Source of the DNA: the human T2T-CHM13v2.0 reference genome, Homo sapiens
Assembly: GCF_009914755.1 (NCBI RefSeq)
Contig: NC_060932.1
Length of the DNA stretch: 64,000 nucleotides
Reading direction: 5' to 3' (one strand)
Shown here: piece after piece, positions 1-22,268 of the stretch
Numbering within the stretch: the stretch's first letter is position 1
Layout of the letters: each line of letters opens with the position of its first letter
Position numbers and translations under genes: made by a program
Notes under the pieces: model-generated
Told to the model about the DNA's origin: nothing
The model's database searches: none
Seen by the model: only the letters and a program-made list of their open reading frames with translations

Positions 1-247
1 AACCACTGTACCTGGACAGAATATAAAAGATTGTTTAATTCAACTAAAACATTAAAACACAGATTATTTCTATAAGTGGTAATTGTTCTAACATGTTTTG
101 GTCAAAATAGTCTCCTTACTTATCCACAATTAAATGGTTAATTGATATTTGATTAGATTTTTATAAAGTTTTCAAATCATGATTGACTTTTCCAATGTAC
201 AGTAAAATGTGTTTGAAAATATTGCATAAAAATTAATATTTAAAAAT

Positions 248-454
<207 letters not shown>

Positions 455-1779
455 GCTCCCCAGGCTTAAAGCAAAACCTCCATCTTGTCTGTCTCCACTC
501 TCATCCCAGGCAATCGCGGTCATTTCCACAGCCTCAACCACTGTCTACCTGGGATGCCTCCCAAGCCCGGGTCGCCAGCCCAAACCTGCCTTCCTAGCCC
601 CAGACCCATCTGTCCTGGCACACATTGCCCCCTGGGTCCCAACAACCTCAGCCAATGAGACCAATGCCAACTTCCTGTCCTTGCCTGACACTGTCAGCCC
701 TGAGATCAGACTTGACCATTCACCTCCAGTACCTGATAGGTCCGTCAGTCTTTGGAACACATCCCACGAACATTCCCCAAACCAGGCACCGGACTCCACA
801 CATCAACACCGTCACGTGAGTCACCAGCATCCCTGGCAGGGACCCCTGTCCCAGCCTCCAACTCATCTCCTTCCTGTCCCTTGAGTTCTGTGTCACATTC
901 CAGAGGCCACAAGAAGAAAAATGACCACCTTAATGAAATTAAAAGAATTGAGAAGACATTTCTCTATGGTCCAAAATCTTTCCAACTAAGAAACACATAT
1001 CAAGATCCAGCCTGCTGGCCCTGTGGTTAAATGTTCCTGAAATAATTAAAGCCCAGGGCAACACAGCCCCCACTCCACAAGAACTCCCAGCACAGTAAGA
1101 CTTGCTTCTCTACAGGGGCGTGAAATGTCCAGTGTGTACCCTGCCCCTCTCTGTCATAGCTAACAGGAATGTGCTCCGTGTCTTCTTCCTGCTCAAAGGA
1201 CCGTCCACCAACCTGCGCAGGCAGCACTTTCGGCAAGGGGAGGATGGGAGAACATCCTACCATTTCCCACTTACGCACTGCATTCATCAGGAGCCTGCCT
1301 CACAAATTACAAGAGCGCTACGGCAGACCCACGACGTTCCAGCGGATGGCCATGTCTTCATGTCAACTTGAAAGATCATTGCCAGGGAAATATCTATATC
1401 TCGGCAGAGAGAGCTTCAGCCTGTGTAGTCCAGCTGTGCTCAAATGGAAATCAAAAAAACCAGATGTTGGTCAAAACACCCTGTCTCAGGGAGCTGGCTC
1501 TGCAGGTCCCCAGTGTGAGAGTGAACTGGGTGGGCCACCTGACCTGCCTACCCACATCCCGGCCTCCTGGAATCCTGAACCCTGAGAACCAGGGGGATGT
1601 GGTGGGGAGCAGGCAAGTCTTGTGCAGAAAGCCAAGATGCCACCCAAATCCACTCTGCAGTCTAGGTGAGCGATATTCTGGTCTGCACCACACCAGTGCA
1701 CGAGGGGATGGAGGATGGAGTCTAGACAAGCCAAATGTAAAAAGATATTGTCCACGTATTTTGTGCTTTGTCTGTGTTA

Positions 1780-2157
<378 letters not shown>

Positions 2158-2312
2158 CTATGAAAGTGTATCTCATTTATCTCCATTTTATAGATGAGAA
2201 AACTGAGGCTCCTGGAGTACTATTAACTTTCCAAGACAGCATTGCTCATAAAGGGTACAGCAGGGACCCAAGGTAGACACTCTCACCCTCAAACATTTAT
2301 ACAAGTGTAGAC

Positions 2313-2543
2313 CAATGGCTCTCAACTGGGGTGGTTTTGCTCACATACCACTCCCTTGCCCCACAGCATTGAAACCATCTGGAGACATCTGGGGTAGCCA
2401 TAACTGGGAGGGTAGAATGGCACCTAGAGGATGGAGACCACAGATGCTGCTAACCGTCCTACAATACACAGGATGCCCCCCCACCACCACCACGAATGGT
2501 CTCACCCCAAATGTTGTGACGGTGCCAAAGCTGAGAAATCCAG
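2313..2543 (+). mobile_element. MER20-like hAT DNA transposon relic (second copy ~9293-9525), next to a MIR fragment
   Basis: CAATGGCTCTCAACTGGGGTGGTTTTGC...CTGGAGACATCTGGGG...GATGCTGCTAACCGTCCTACAATACACAGGA...GCTGAGAAATCCAG resembles the MER20 consensus. Confidence 0.7.
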
Positions 2544-2651
2544 GTTTCTCCTCAGCAAGAAGGAAAATCCCTGCAACGTGGATGCACCTCTACAGGAGCC
2601 CCAGGCTGACAATAACCTTCCTGATCTGGTTTCAACCCTGGATGCTTTTAC

Positions 2652-6079
<3,428 letters not shown>

Positions 6080-8774
6080 GGCTGGGGGGCTCTGCCTGCA
6101 CCTGGAGAAGAGGAAGGATACGGCGCGAGCGGCCTCTCGGCGGAGCTGGGGCGTCTGAGCGCGGGCTCGGTGGGTCCGCCCGGCGAGGGGCTGGGCATAG
6201 CGGCCGGCGCGGGCTCCTACGCGGGCCGCTCCTGGCTCTCGCGCCCTCTGCTGGCCGCTCGCGCGCACCGCGGAGAAGCCGGGCCCTGGCCTGCGCTGCA
6301 CTCACCTGCCCCCGCCCAGGCAGTCGCTGTCCCCTGCCTGTGGCCAGACCCGCTCTGGCCAGGCCCTGCACCTCCTCCCCACCCCAGCCAGGTTGCACCC
6401 CGATGGTCTCCCTGCCCAAGGAGGAGAGAAGAGAAGGGAAGCCCCGAGAGGGTGGACATCGGCCACAGCCACCTTGTCTTTGCTCTTACCGTGTGTCTTC
6501 CATGATTTGGAGGTGGTGGGAAACCCGAGGCTGCTCAAAACTCGTGGAGAATTCCGCCTGCAGGATGACATGAATGCACCTTCCCATTGCCTACCAACAG
6601 ACCTTTTTTGAGCATCACTGTGGACCAGGTGTGGTGATGGGGGAGGGGATATTGTGGAGAACATGACAGGCATTGCCTTCACCCAGTGGGGCTCAGCGCT
6701 GGGTGGGAAGGCATTGAGAATGGACATTGTCAATTGGGCCAAAGGAGGCCAAGGAGAAGTGCTGGGGGCATGGGAACTGAAAAAGACAGGAGGCTCAGCA
6801 GGTCTTGGAGCTGGGAAAGTGACAGCAGCAGCGGCTGTTCCAAAGGAAGCAACAGCTGAGAGAGGTCTCGGAGAGTTGTTCTCAGCCCAGTGGAGGGTGT
6901 TCAGGCAGAGGGAACAGCGTGTGCAAAAGCCCAGAGGCTGGGAAAGAAGCAGAAAGAGGACTGTGGGGCTGGAGCATGGTGGGCAAGGGGAGGAAGGTGT
7001 GGTGGGCAGACAGATTGACTGGGACCCAGCTGTGCAGGGGCAGAGGAGATAGGGGATCCTTGCAGGCCCCCAGCCGGGGCTCAGGCACAGAGACAATGCA
7101 GGTGGGCAAAGGGAGGAGACGTGGAGAAATATTTTGGAGGCATGCCCTGATGAATGAGCCCAGGATGCACCCTTAGTGTCAGTGTGGAGCTCCTTCCTTG
7201 ACTGTGTGATGAGTTGAACTCGGGGGTATTTTCTGGACATTGAGGTGCTACACCAAGAGCCCAGGACAGGCTAAGTGAGCACTAGCAGCTCCTGGCCCAC
7301 CTCAAAAGCAGGAGAGACAGGGGAGACTGGGGAGGCCGGGGTGGAAGGGGAAGCCAGGAAGGTAGGAGAGGCCAGGGAAGCAGAGGAGGCCAGGGAGGCA
7401 ATGGAGGCAGGAGAGGCTGGGGAGGTTGTGTCCTTTCCATGATTCTGCCCTGGATCCTAGGCCCCTGAACTCCCTGAGCTTCCCCACCCCAAGCGCTGGA
7501 ACCAGGTTGCACAATGGTCTCCCCACTAAGCTCCTGATGGCAGCCCCTACCCTGCTGTGCTCCCTATTTCAACCCTAACAGCTCTCACAGTGGGCAGCAC
7601 ATAGTAGGTGCTCAGGAAACACTGGTGGGAGAGCACGTGGGTCTGCTCAGCACCTTCCTCTCTCCTCCAGCTCTCCCCATCATGAAATAATTCTGATAAC
7701 GACACATGGACTTTGAGACCCTCTTCTATTACTTTCCATATGCTAATGCATCTATACCTCACAGCAGCCCTGGGGGAGGGTGCAATGAGGATGCCCATTT
7801 TATAGAGGAGGAGACTGAGGTATAAAGAGGGTAAGTGACATACGCACACTACAGGGGCTGGGGCCAAGTGATCAGAGCACTCAATCCCCAAAGGCAAGGT
7901 AGATGCAGTTATCATAAAAGACAGCAGAGTCAAAGCTGCAACCAGAATAGCCTGACTCCCAGCGACCTATGGTGCCTGCTGATCGTGGCTTTCCTAGAAG
8001 TGAAATAGATAAGAAGCCTGCCACATTTCACTTGATCTGTGTTTGCAGAAGTGCTCTAGGTCAAGTGAGCAGAAGTCTAATCTGAATCATAAAAACAGAG
8101 TCACAGTCCCCAGTCAATTTCCAGACATAAGCCAGTTCACAGACCTGGAGTCCCTTGTCTGAATGAGAAGCCAGGTCCCCTCCAGAAAGGACTCTGCTCC
8201 ACTGCCAAAAATTTATACTGTCAGTCTTTCTCCCAACCTGCCCCCAAGGGAATACACAGCCTTTCGCCAGGATGACTGAACAGGAGAAAAGGAACTAATG
8301 AGACCTGTGCAGGATCACTGGACACAGGCTCTGAACTGGCACTAGGGCGAGACTAGGTTCTACCAGTCAGAATAGGCATTTTGGAGGTCAGGTGAATGTT
8401 GGTGCAAGTTCATGTCACGGTAGGTCCATTGGGTCCCCAAATCCATCCTCTGGTTATATACAAAGCGGCAATGCTGAGATTCAAATTCAGGGCATCCGAC
8501 ATAGAGCCTGGGCTCTTACTCATGAAACATTCTGACACTAGTAACCAATTTAAAAGTGTAAACACCTCCTGGGACTAGAATGGGTCCCCAAAACAGTCAT
8601 GTAAATTGGTTCTGTCAAGAATTTCCTCCCACTCCCTGCTGAGAGCCAGTTGCAAGGAGAGACTAGGGAAGGGCATTGGGTAACTTTGTTGCTAAAAGCT
8701 CTTCTGGATAAAGACGTATGGGAAAAGAAGCAAATAGAGTTCAGCAGAAGAGGTAAGAAAGTAAGTTTATGTTT

Positions 8775-9106
<332 letters not shown>

Positions 9107-9631
9107 TTATTATCTCGGTGAATCCCATATAACCTTCCTATGAAAGTGTATCTCATTTATCTCCATTTTATAGATGAGAAAACTGAGGCCCCTGGAGTAG
9201 TATTAATTTTCCAAGACCGCATTGCTCATAAAGGGTACAGCAGGGACCCAAGCTCGACACTCTCACCCTCAAACATTTATACAAGTGTGGACCAATGGCT
9301 CTCAACTGGGGTGGTTTTGCTCACGTACCGCTCCCTTGCCCCACATTATTTGAAACCATCTGGAGACGTCTGGGGTAGCCATAGCAGGGAGGGTAGAATG
9401 GCACCTAGAGGATGGAGACCACAGATGCTGCTAACCATCCTTCAATACACAGGACAGCCCCACCACCAGCACCACGAATGGTCTCACCACAAATATTCTG
9501 ACTGTGCCAAAGCTGAGAAACCCAGGTTTCTCCTCAGCAAGAAGGAAAATCCCTGCAACGTGGATGCACCTCTACAGGAGCCCCAGGCTGACAATAACCT
9601 TCCTGATCTGGTTTCAACCCTGGATGCTTTT

Positions 9632-12206
<2,575 letters not shown>

Positions 12207-14956
12207 GGCTCCGCGGGCTCTGCCTGAACTTGGGGAAGAAGAAGGACCCGGCTCAAGCGGCTTCTCGGCGGAGCTGGGGCGTCTGAGCACGGGCTCGGTG
12301 GGTCCGCGCGGCGCGGAGCTGGGTATCGGGGCCGGCCCGGGCTCCTCCGCGGGCCGCGCCTGGCTCTCTGGCGCCCTCTTCTGGCCGCTCTCGCGCACCT
12401 CTGCCACGCCCGGCCCAGGCCTGCGCAGCTGTCACATGTCCTGGCCCAGGAGGTCGCTGTCCCTTGCCCATGGACAGGCCCGCTCTGGCAATGCCCTGCA
12501 CCACCTCGCCGCCCCAGCCAGGTTGCACCCCGATGGTCTCCCTGCCCAAGGAGGAGAGAAGAGAAGGGACGCCACGAGAGGGTGGACATCGGCCACAGCC
12601 ACCTTGTCTTTGCTCTTACCGTGTGTCTTCCATGATTTGGAGGTGGTGGGAAACCCGAGGCTGCTCAAAAGTCGTGGAGAATTCCGCCTGCAGGATGACA
12701 TGAATGCACCTTCGCATTGCCTACCAACAGATCTTTTTTGAGCATCACTGTGGACCAGGCGTGGTGATGGGGGAGGGGATATTGTGGTGAACATGAGAGG
12801 CATTGCCTTCACCAAGTGGGGCTCAGCGCTGGGTGGGAAGGCATTGAGAATGGACATTGTCAATTGGGCCAAAGGAGGCCAAGGAGAAGTGCTGGGGGCA
12901 TGGGAACTGAAAAAGACAGGAGGCTCAGCAGGTCTTGGAGCTGGGAGAGGGACAGCAGCAGCGGCTTTTCCAAAGGAAGCAACAGCTGAGAGAGGTCTCA
13001 GAGAGTTGTTCTCAGCCCAGTGGAGGGTGTTCAGGCAGAAGGAACAGCGTGTGCAAAAGCCCAGAGGCTGGGAAAGAAGCAGAAAGAGGACTGTGGGGCT
13101 GGAGCGTGGTGGGCAACAGGAGAGAGGTGTGGTGGGCAGACAGATTGCCTGGGACCCAGCCGTGCAGGGGCAGAGGAGATAGAGGATCCTTGCAGGCCCC
13201 CAGCCGGGGCTGAGGCACAGAGACAATGCAGGTGGGCAAAGGGAGGAGACGTGGAGAAATATTTTGGAGGCATGCCCTGATGAATGAGCCCAGGATGCAC
13301 CCTTAGTGTCAGTGTGGAGCTCCTTTCTTGGCTGTGTGATAAGCTGAACCCGGGGGTATTTTCTGGACATCGAAGTGCTACACCCAGAGTCCAGGACAGG
13401 CTAAGTGAGCACCAGCAGCTCCTGGCCCACCTCAAAAGCAGGAAAGACAGGGGAGACTGGGGAGGCCGGGGCGGAAGGGGAAGCCAGGAAGGCAGGAGAG
13501 GCCAGGGAACAGAGGAGGTCAGGGAGGCAGGGGAGGCAGGGGAGGCTGGGGCGGCTGTGTCCTTTCCATGATTCTGCCCTGGATCCTAGGCCCCTGTAGT
13601 CCCTGGGCTTCCCCACCCCAAGCACTGTAACCATGTTGCACAACGGTCTCCCCACTAAGCTCCTGATGGCAACCCCTATCCTGCTGTTCTCCCCATTTCA
13701 ACCCTAACAGCTCTCACAGTGGGCAGCACATAGTGGGTGCTCAGGAAACACTGGTGGGAGAGCACGTGGGTCTGCTCAGCACCTTCCTCTCTCCTCCAGC
13801 TCTCCCCTGTCACGAAATAATTCTGATAACGACACATGGGCTTTGAGACCCTCTTCTATTACCTTCCATATGCTAATCCATCTATACCTCACAGCAGCCC
13901 TGGGGGTGGGTGCAATGAGGATGCCCATTTTATAGAGGAGGAGACTGAGGTATAAAGAGGGTAAGTGACATACGCACAGTACAGGGGCTGGGGTCAAGTG
14001 ATCAGAGCACTCAATCCCCAAAGGCAAGGTGGATGCAGTTACCATAAAAGACAGCAGAGTCAAAGCTGCAACCAGAATAGCCTGACTCGCAGAGACCTAT
14101 GGTGCCGGCTGATCGTGGCTTTCCTAGAACTGAAATAGATAAGAAGCCTGCCACATTTTTACTGGATCTGTGTTTGAAGAAGAATTCTAGGTCAGGTGAG
14201 CAGAAGTCTAATCTGAATCATAAAAACAGAGTCACAGTCCCCCGTCAATTCCCAGACATAAGCCAGTTCACAGACCTGGAGTCCCTTGTCTGAATGGGAA
14301 GCCAGGTCCCCTCCAGAAAGGACTCTGCTCCACTGCCAAAAATTTATACTGTCAATCTTTCTCCCAGCCTGTCCCCAAGGGAATACACAGCCTTTACCAG
14401 GATGACTGAATAGGAGAAAAAGAACTAATGGGACCTGTGCAAGACCACTGGACACAGGCTCTGAACTGGCACTAGGGCGAGACTAGGGTCTACCAGTCAG
14501 AATAGGCATTTTGGAGTTCAGGTGAATGTTGGTGCAAGTTCATGTCATGGTAGATCCATTGGGTCCCCAAATCCGTCCTCTGCTTATATACAAAATGGCC
14601 ATGTTGAGACTTAAATTCAGGGTATCCAACTTAGAGGCTGTGCTCTTACTCATGAAACATTCTGACACTAGTAACCAATTTAAAAATGTAAACACCTCCT
14701 GGGGCTAGTGAGAGTCCTCCAAACAGTCATGTAAATTGGTTCTGTCAAGGATTTCCTCCTACCCACCCTCCCCACCACTGAGAGTCAGTTGCAAGGAGAG
14801 ACTAGGGAAAGGCATTGGGTAACTTTGTTGCTAAAAGTTCTTCTGGATAAACAAGAGCCTTATCCAGGAAAAAGAAGCAAAATAGAGTTCAGCAGAAGTT
14901 GCGAAAAGAAGCACATAGAGTTCAGCAGAAGAGGTAAGAAAGTAAGTTTATGTTTG

Positions 14957-15365
<409 letters not shown>

Positions 15366-15454
15366 TCACTCCTGGCCGGCTGAGCCACTTTTCAAAACAC
15401 CCTTGCACAGCTGTGCAGAGAGGCTGGCTCCACTGGCAGCCGGCAGAGCCATAA

Positions 15455-15789
<335 letters not shown>

Positions 15790-16544
15790 GGTAAGCACTT
15801 TTAATCAATGCAACAGGAATAAACATTTGCTGCAGAGCGGCAATGTGCAGGGAAGAACATGCTTCCACTTAGGATCAGAAAGCAAAACCTCCTGGCTGTT
15901 TGCATCTATGCAAGAGCTCACAGGAAAAGCCCTCTGTGTGGCTGCCAGCCTCACACACTCCCCCCAAGGGGTGAATTTCTCTTTCCATGTTAATCTATGC
16001 TCTGACGTGCCATCTGTCAACCACCACACCATTCTCAGTTGACATTTCAAAGCATCTTTGCCCTGAGAATGGTCACCAGCTCTGCCCTGCAAGCCCCCAG
16101 GTGACAATGAACTTAAATGAGAGAGAAAACAGGTTTCGAGGTGGATTTCAGTTCAGCATCTTGGAGTCTCTGTGTGGACATGAAATCTGTCTCCCCAGCT
16201 GTGGACTGCATCCTTGTTTGTCATCTGGTTTGGTTCTTGGGGACTTGGAAACTCGTGGGCACCTTTGCAATTTGTCAAGAAGCTGCATGGCCCTTCCAAC
16301 AAAAGCAAGGAATAGGAACAGAAGCCCAAGGCTTCAGATCAAGGTGCAATTTAAAGCAGCCTCAGTATAAAAGCAAACAAGAGCCAGAGGGATGCCTAAG
16401 GCAGAGTCTAGACCCCAGGGCAGCTATAAGGCAAAGAGAAAGAGAGAGAGAGACAGAGACAGAAAGACAGAGAGAGATGGGAGGAGACATGAGGCACCCA
16501 GGCATCTGGATCAAAATCCCTACAAGAGGAGCCTCCTAAAAATG

Positions 16545-16790
16545 CAGGAGGCTGAGGTGGGTGCACACAGAAGTTCAAGACTAGCCTGGGCAACACAGCA
16601 AGACCGTGTCTTTACAAAAAATACAAAAATTAGCCGGGTGTGGTGGTGTATGTCTGTGGTCCCAGTTACCCAAGAGACTGAGGTGGGAGGATTGCTTGAG
16701 CCCAGGAGATAGAGCTGCAGCAAGCTGAGATAGCACCACTGCACTCCAGCCTGGGCAACAGAGTGAGACTTCATCACAAAAAAATTTAAA
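16545..16790 (+). mobile_element. AluJ, 5'-truncated
   Basis: GGAGGATTGCTTGAGCCCAGGAG...CACTCCAGCCTGGGCAACAGAGTGAGAC + A tail. Confidence 0.8.
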
Positions 16791-17251
16791 AAATTTTTTA
16801 AAAAGGATCACCCTGGCTACTCGAATGGGTAATAAGAAGGTAAGAGCAGAAGCAAGGAGACCAGCAGGGACATTCTGCAGGTGGGAGTCCACAGAGGTTC
16901 AGACCAGGCTGGGGCTGAAGACTGCCTGAATTCTGTGTATATTTTGATGATGAAGCAACTCACCGACTCTTGAAGAGTGGGCTCCAGGAGATGGTATTTT
17001 TAACAAGGTCTCAGAGGATTCTAATGCAGGCTGAAGTTGAAGAACTGCTTTAGGTGAAGCTTCTGTTTCATCCTTGGGGAAGTACCTACTGACTTTTCTC
17101 TAAGCCACCACAAAAGAGGTGCTAGACAAGATGTGCTCCAATGTCTGAACATGTGTGCACAGCTGTAGAGCCAACCTAAGGACACTGAGTCAAAGGTTAG
17201 GAGTACAACAGTGAACAACCACTGTCCTCTTTTCAATAAGCTTTGCATTTA

Positions 17252-17673
<422 letters not shown>

Positions 17674-19648
17674 AGCTCGGAGGTGGGTGGGCATGCAATC
17701 TATATCGGGTGGTGAGAAATCCTTCTCCACCACAGGACTCCTCAGTTGAAGACTAGAAAATGGTAGGAACTAGCCAGGTCGATAGGAGAGGTGTGGAAGA
17801 TCATTCTCAGCAGAGGGAAGAGCATGTGTAAAAATCGAGACGTGAGAGGGTGAGGAGCTGAGAGATGTTCATATAATTGTAAAAAGTGAGTAATATAGAG
17901 GTAAGTTGGAGGCAAATCTTAAAGGCTCTTTGTCGTGTCTATCCTGTAGAGAAAGGGAGACAGTAGATGTTTTTATGCAGGGGAGTAATGATCCACTTTG
18001 TGCTAGAAGAAGAGCAGTCTGGCTGGAGGAGAGTGGGTGGTGAGTAGACCAGGTAGGAGGCTGCAATACGCCAAGTGAGACAAGATGGTTGGCTGGACCA
18101 AGGCTGTGGCAGTGAGGATGGAGAGGAGACAGTAGACTAACTTGACTGAGAAAGAGGGAGGAATGAAGGAGGAGGCCCAGGTGATTTGGAAGCTGGGTGG
18201 ATGGTGGTGTGAATCTGACGTGTTGAGCCCTGGCAGAAGAGGAAATCAGGAGAGGAAAGGTAAGATGAGGTCAATGCAAGACAGACAGCCAAGTGGAGAT
18301 AACAACTGGGCAGTTGGATTCATCAGCCTGGAGTTATACAGAGAGCTCTGGAATGGAAATAAAGAGGAAAGGACTTTGGGAATAGGTGAATCCTCCCAGA
18401 ATAATGTGTAAGAAAGGAGAATAGAACACAGGGGACAGAAAAAGGGAAGAGATTTGTTATTAAAACCAACCATCCATCAGACATCTTCCAATAAAACACT
18501 TGTTAGAGGTTTCCTCAGTGTGAGTTATTCAGGACCAGAGCTAAAGACCATATTCCCAATAAAATAACTGCTGGGAAGGTCTTCATGAAAACATTTAATG
18601 CTGCTTTTAAAACAACAACAATAAAAAGGCTTTAGCTACTGCACAGACCCTGGAGCAATTTTTCGGCAAGAGTCTATCAAACACGAATCTGATCTGACTC
18701 AAGGAGGTGTCATATCAAGTGTAAAAATCCAATTCCAATGTCCATAAGAGCCTTTCTGCCAGGTACAAGACCCTAATCCAGTTGAAGTGATTTTCTATTG
18801 ATTAATAGGCTGGGAATACACAGGTTGTTGGTTTTTGAGATTTCCCTCCCTGTGCCTTCATGCCAGCTGTGAAAGAGTCAAAAGGCTCCTAACTGTCAAA
18901 ATAAAAATGACACTTGGTCACAGAGGAAGCAGATTATAGGTCAATCACATTGATGACTTTTTAACTATGAGAAGCCATTAATGTTACTGAATAAGCAAAT
19001 CTGTTTGCATAAGCAGATTTTTATAGGCTACTGGGAATAAAGGTTTTCCTAAGTGGGTGATTTGTACAACGATAGCCTTTGGGTCTCTGATGGAACAGCT
19101 CTGATGAGGAAATGTTCCTTTAATTATGTGGAAGGCCAATTACCACGTTATAGCCACATTGTTTTGCAGATTGCATATAATTTCACCATTTCCATAGTTT
19201 CAGCACTATAATTCTGGAGAAAATTCAGGCACCAAGGAGACACTTGCGGCACACTATGCTGGAGACAAAGATGTTTTAGCGAATTCAATTTAAGCTTCAA
19301 CATTAAAGTTATTTTGTTGAATAAAACATAATGCAATAATGAGCTTGTGTATGTCAACTCTATAGTGCAGGTAATAATAGCTAGAGAGAGCATGTCCCGT
19401 CTCCTCTTTTTAATGCTCATTTGAGTAATACATAATGCTATAGAGAGAACTTTTCTCTAATATGTGCTTCACCTCAGGCTAAGCGTGTTTTGGGCAACTG
19501 TGCTTCATGAAAAAAAGGTAAAGGATCTAATTTGGGAGCCACTCACAAAAGTGCTACCACTTGATGTTTTTTTATACTCTGAGATTTCTTATTCCCAGTG
19601 CCTACCAGGAATGGACTTTCTGGAGAAGCTCAGATTAATCACTCCTTA

Positions 19649-21043
19649 TGAGAGGTAACAGCGTGTTGGCAGCCCTCACAGCCCTCGTTCACTCTCGGCA
19701 CCTCCTCTGCCTGGGCTCCCACTTTGGCAGCACTTGAGGAGCCCTTCAGCCCACGGCTGCATGGTGGGAGCCCCTTTCTGGGCTGGCCGAGGTCAGAGCT
19801 GGCTCCCTCAGCTTGCAGGGAGGCATGGAGGGAGAGGCATGAGCTGGAACTGGGGCTACGTGTGCTGCTTGCCTGCCGGCTGGAGTTCTGGATGGGCGTG
19901 GGCTTGGTGGCCCTGCACTAGGAGCTGCCGGCTGGCCTTGCCGGCCGGGGCTGTGAGGGGCTTAGCACCTGGGCCAGCAGCTGCTGTGCTCGACTTCTCA
20001 CCGGGCCTTAGCTGCCTCCCTGCGGGGCAGGGCTCGGGACCTGCAGCCTGCCATTCCTTAGCCTCCCCCCTCTGTGGGCTCCTGTACGGCCCAAGCCTCC
20101 CCGATGAGCACCGCCCCCTGCTCCATGGCGCCCAGTCCCATCGACCACCCAAGGGCTGAGGAGTGTGGGTGCATGCAGAGGGACTGGCAGGCAGCTCCAC
20201 CTGCAGCTCCTGTGCTGGGTCCACTGGGTGAAGCCAGCTGGGCTCCTGAGTCTGGTGGGGACTTGTAGAACTTTATGTCTAGGTAAGGGATTGGAAATAC
20301 ACCAATTGGCACTCTGTATCTAGCTCAAGGTTTGTAAACACACTAATCAGCACCCTGTATCTAGCTCAGGGTTTATGAATGCACCAATTGACACTCTGTA
20401 TCTAGCTACTAGGGTGGGGACTTGGAGAACCTTTGTGTGGACACTCTGTATCTAGCTAATCTAGTGGGGACGTGGGGAGCATTTGTGTCTAGCTCAGGGA
20501 TTGTAAACGCACCAATCAGTGCCCTGTCAAAACAGACCACTCAGGCTCTCTGTAAAATGGACCAATCAGCAGGATGTGGGTGGGGCCAGGTAAGAGAATA
20601 AAAGCAGGCTGCCCGAGCCAGCAGTGGCAACCCACTGGGGTCCCCTTCCACACTGTGGAAGCTTTGTTCTTTTGCTCTTTGCAATAAATCTTGTTGCTGC
20701 TCACTCTTTGGGTCCACACTGACTTTATGAGCTGTAACACTCACCGAGAAGGTCTGCAGCTTCTCTCCTGAAGCCAGCAAGACCATGAACCCACTGGGAG
20801 AAATGAACAACTCCAGACCTGCAGCCGTAAGAGCTGTAACACTCACCGTGAAGATCTGCAGCTTCACTCCTGAGCCAGCGAGACCACGAGCCCCACCTGA
20901 AGGAAGAAACTTCAAACACATCCGAACATCAGAAGGAACAAACTCCAGACACGCCACCTTTAAGAACTGTAACACTCACCAGGAGGGTCCACAGCTTCGT
21001 TCTTGAAGTCAGTGAGACCAAGAACCCACCAATTCTGGACACA
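19649..21043 (+). mobile_element. Solo LTR12 (ERV9/HERV9 LTR)
   Basis: Starts TGAGAGGTAACAGCGTGTTGGCAGCCCTCACAGCCCTCG, ends GAACCCACCAATTCTGGACACA; 4-bp TSD CTTA both sides; ~40-bp CCAAT repeats at 20300-20570; GAGCTGTAACACTCACC repeats. Confidence 0.93.
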
Positions 21044-21469
21044 CTTATACACTTGGCACTGGGAGGTCTGTATGGAGCAAGTGAAGAAATCAGCAGAGTG
21101 AAGATAGAAGGAGAACAACATGATGGGGGAAAGGCAAAGTTAGTGCCACATTGGTTTCAATTCTGCCACTCATGAGTGAGACCCATGACCTCCTCTCTCT
21201 AGGACTCTGTTTTTCTTATATGTAGAGTGGAGGAATAGAAGGGCCTTTTAAAGTATTAACATTTCCTGACCTATCTGTAAAACACTTTCATTCAAACTGA
21301 TGGGAATCTTGACTACTTTGCCAAGAGGACATAATAATCATCAAGCTGAATGCACCAAACAGCATTGCCTGAAACTATCTAAGCAAAAACTGAGAAAGTT
21401 ACACAGGACAGACAAACCTCCTATGAGAGTAAGAACTCTTCAGCACATGCTTAGTGTGTCAAAGACAAT

Positions 21470-21830
21470 ACTGTGTTCACACCATTCCTCTTCCTGGACA
21501 TGCAGAAAGACTACATTTCCCAGCCTCATTTAAAGTTAGTTTGGAACCATGTGACTGCATTTCCACCAATAGGAATGTAAGAAATCACTTCTGGGCCAAG
21601 GTTATCAAAGTGTGAGCTATGTTCCCTCTCTTCCTATCCATATGGCTACAAGTGAAAAACTCTGAGATGGCAGAATTAAAAGATGGAAACCTCCAGAATC
21701 TCTGAATCACTGTTGGACAAGGGCCCCCAAGGAGAACCCCTGCCCTGCACCAGACTATGCTATGGGTGTCAACCCACTGAGAGTTCAGGGTTTATTCGTC
21801 TCAGCAGCAGTCTATTGTTACACTGACTAA
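21470..21830. mobile_element. MLT1-type MaLR LTR fragment
   Basis: GACTACATTTCCCAGCCTC...CCATGTGACTG...CAATAGGAATGTAAG resembles MLT1; subfamily and exact ends uncertain. Confidence 0.55.
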
Positions 21831-21929
21831 CATCCTGAGGTTTGAGAGGTCTAGCATATTGTTAACTGAAGTTAGATTTCAATTACACTGAGAACCTTAT
21901 CTATTTAAAAATAAAAACTCTCCTAAAAA

Positions 21930-22218
21930 AAACAAATAATCCACATTCCTTTTAACCACATGTGGCAAATTTGCAAAAAAAAAAAACAAAAAAAAACTGG
22001 CCACATATTAGGCCATAAAGAAGTCTCAACAAAATCCACTATACGATTGACAGTGTCCAGACCACATTTTCCTGACCATAATGCCACAAAATTAGAAGTC
22101 AACAGCAAGAAGATAGCTAAACACAAGCATATATTTGGAAAATTAAAAATATCCTTTCATGAGTTAAATGAAAAATCACAATAGAAATTACTAAACATTT
22201 ACAACTGAATGAAAACAC
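21930..22218 (+). mobile_element. Old L1 ORF2 fragment
   Basis: TTAGGCCATAAAGAAGTCTCAACAAA...GACCATAATGCCACAAAATTAGAAGTCAAC resembles the L1 endonuclease region. Confidence 0.6.
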
Positions 22219-22268
22219 AACTTTATATATATATGTATATATATATAATATGTATATATATATATATA

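Noticed and set aside
14868-14940. ~35-bp local duplication (AAAAGAAGCA..ATAGAGTTCAGCAGAAG twice) present only in copy B
   Set aside because: Real, but most simply replication slippage with no sign of function.
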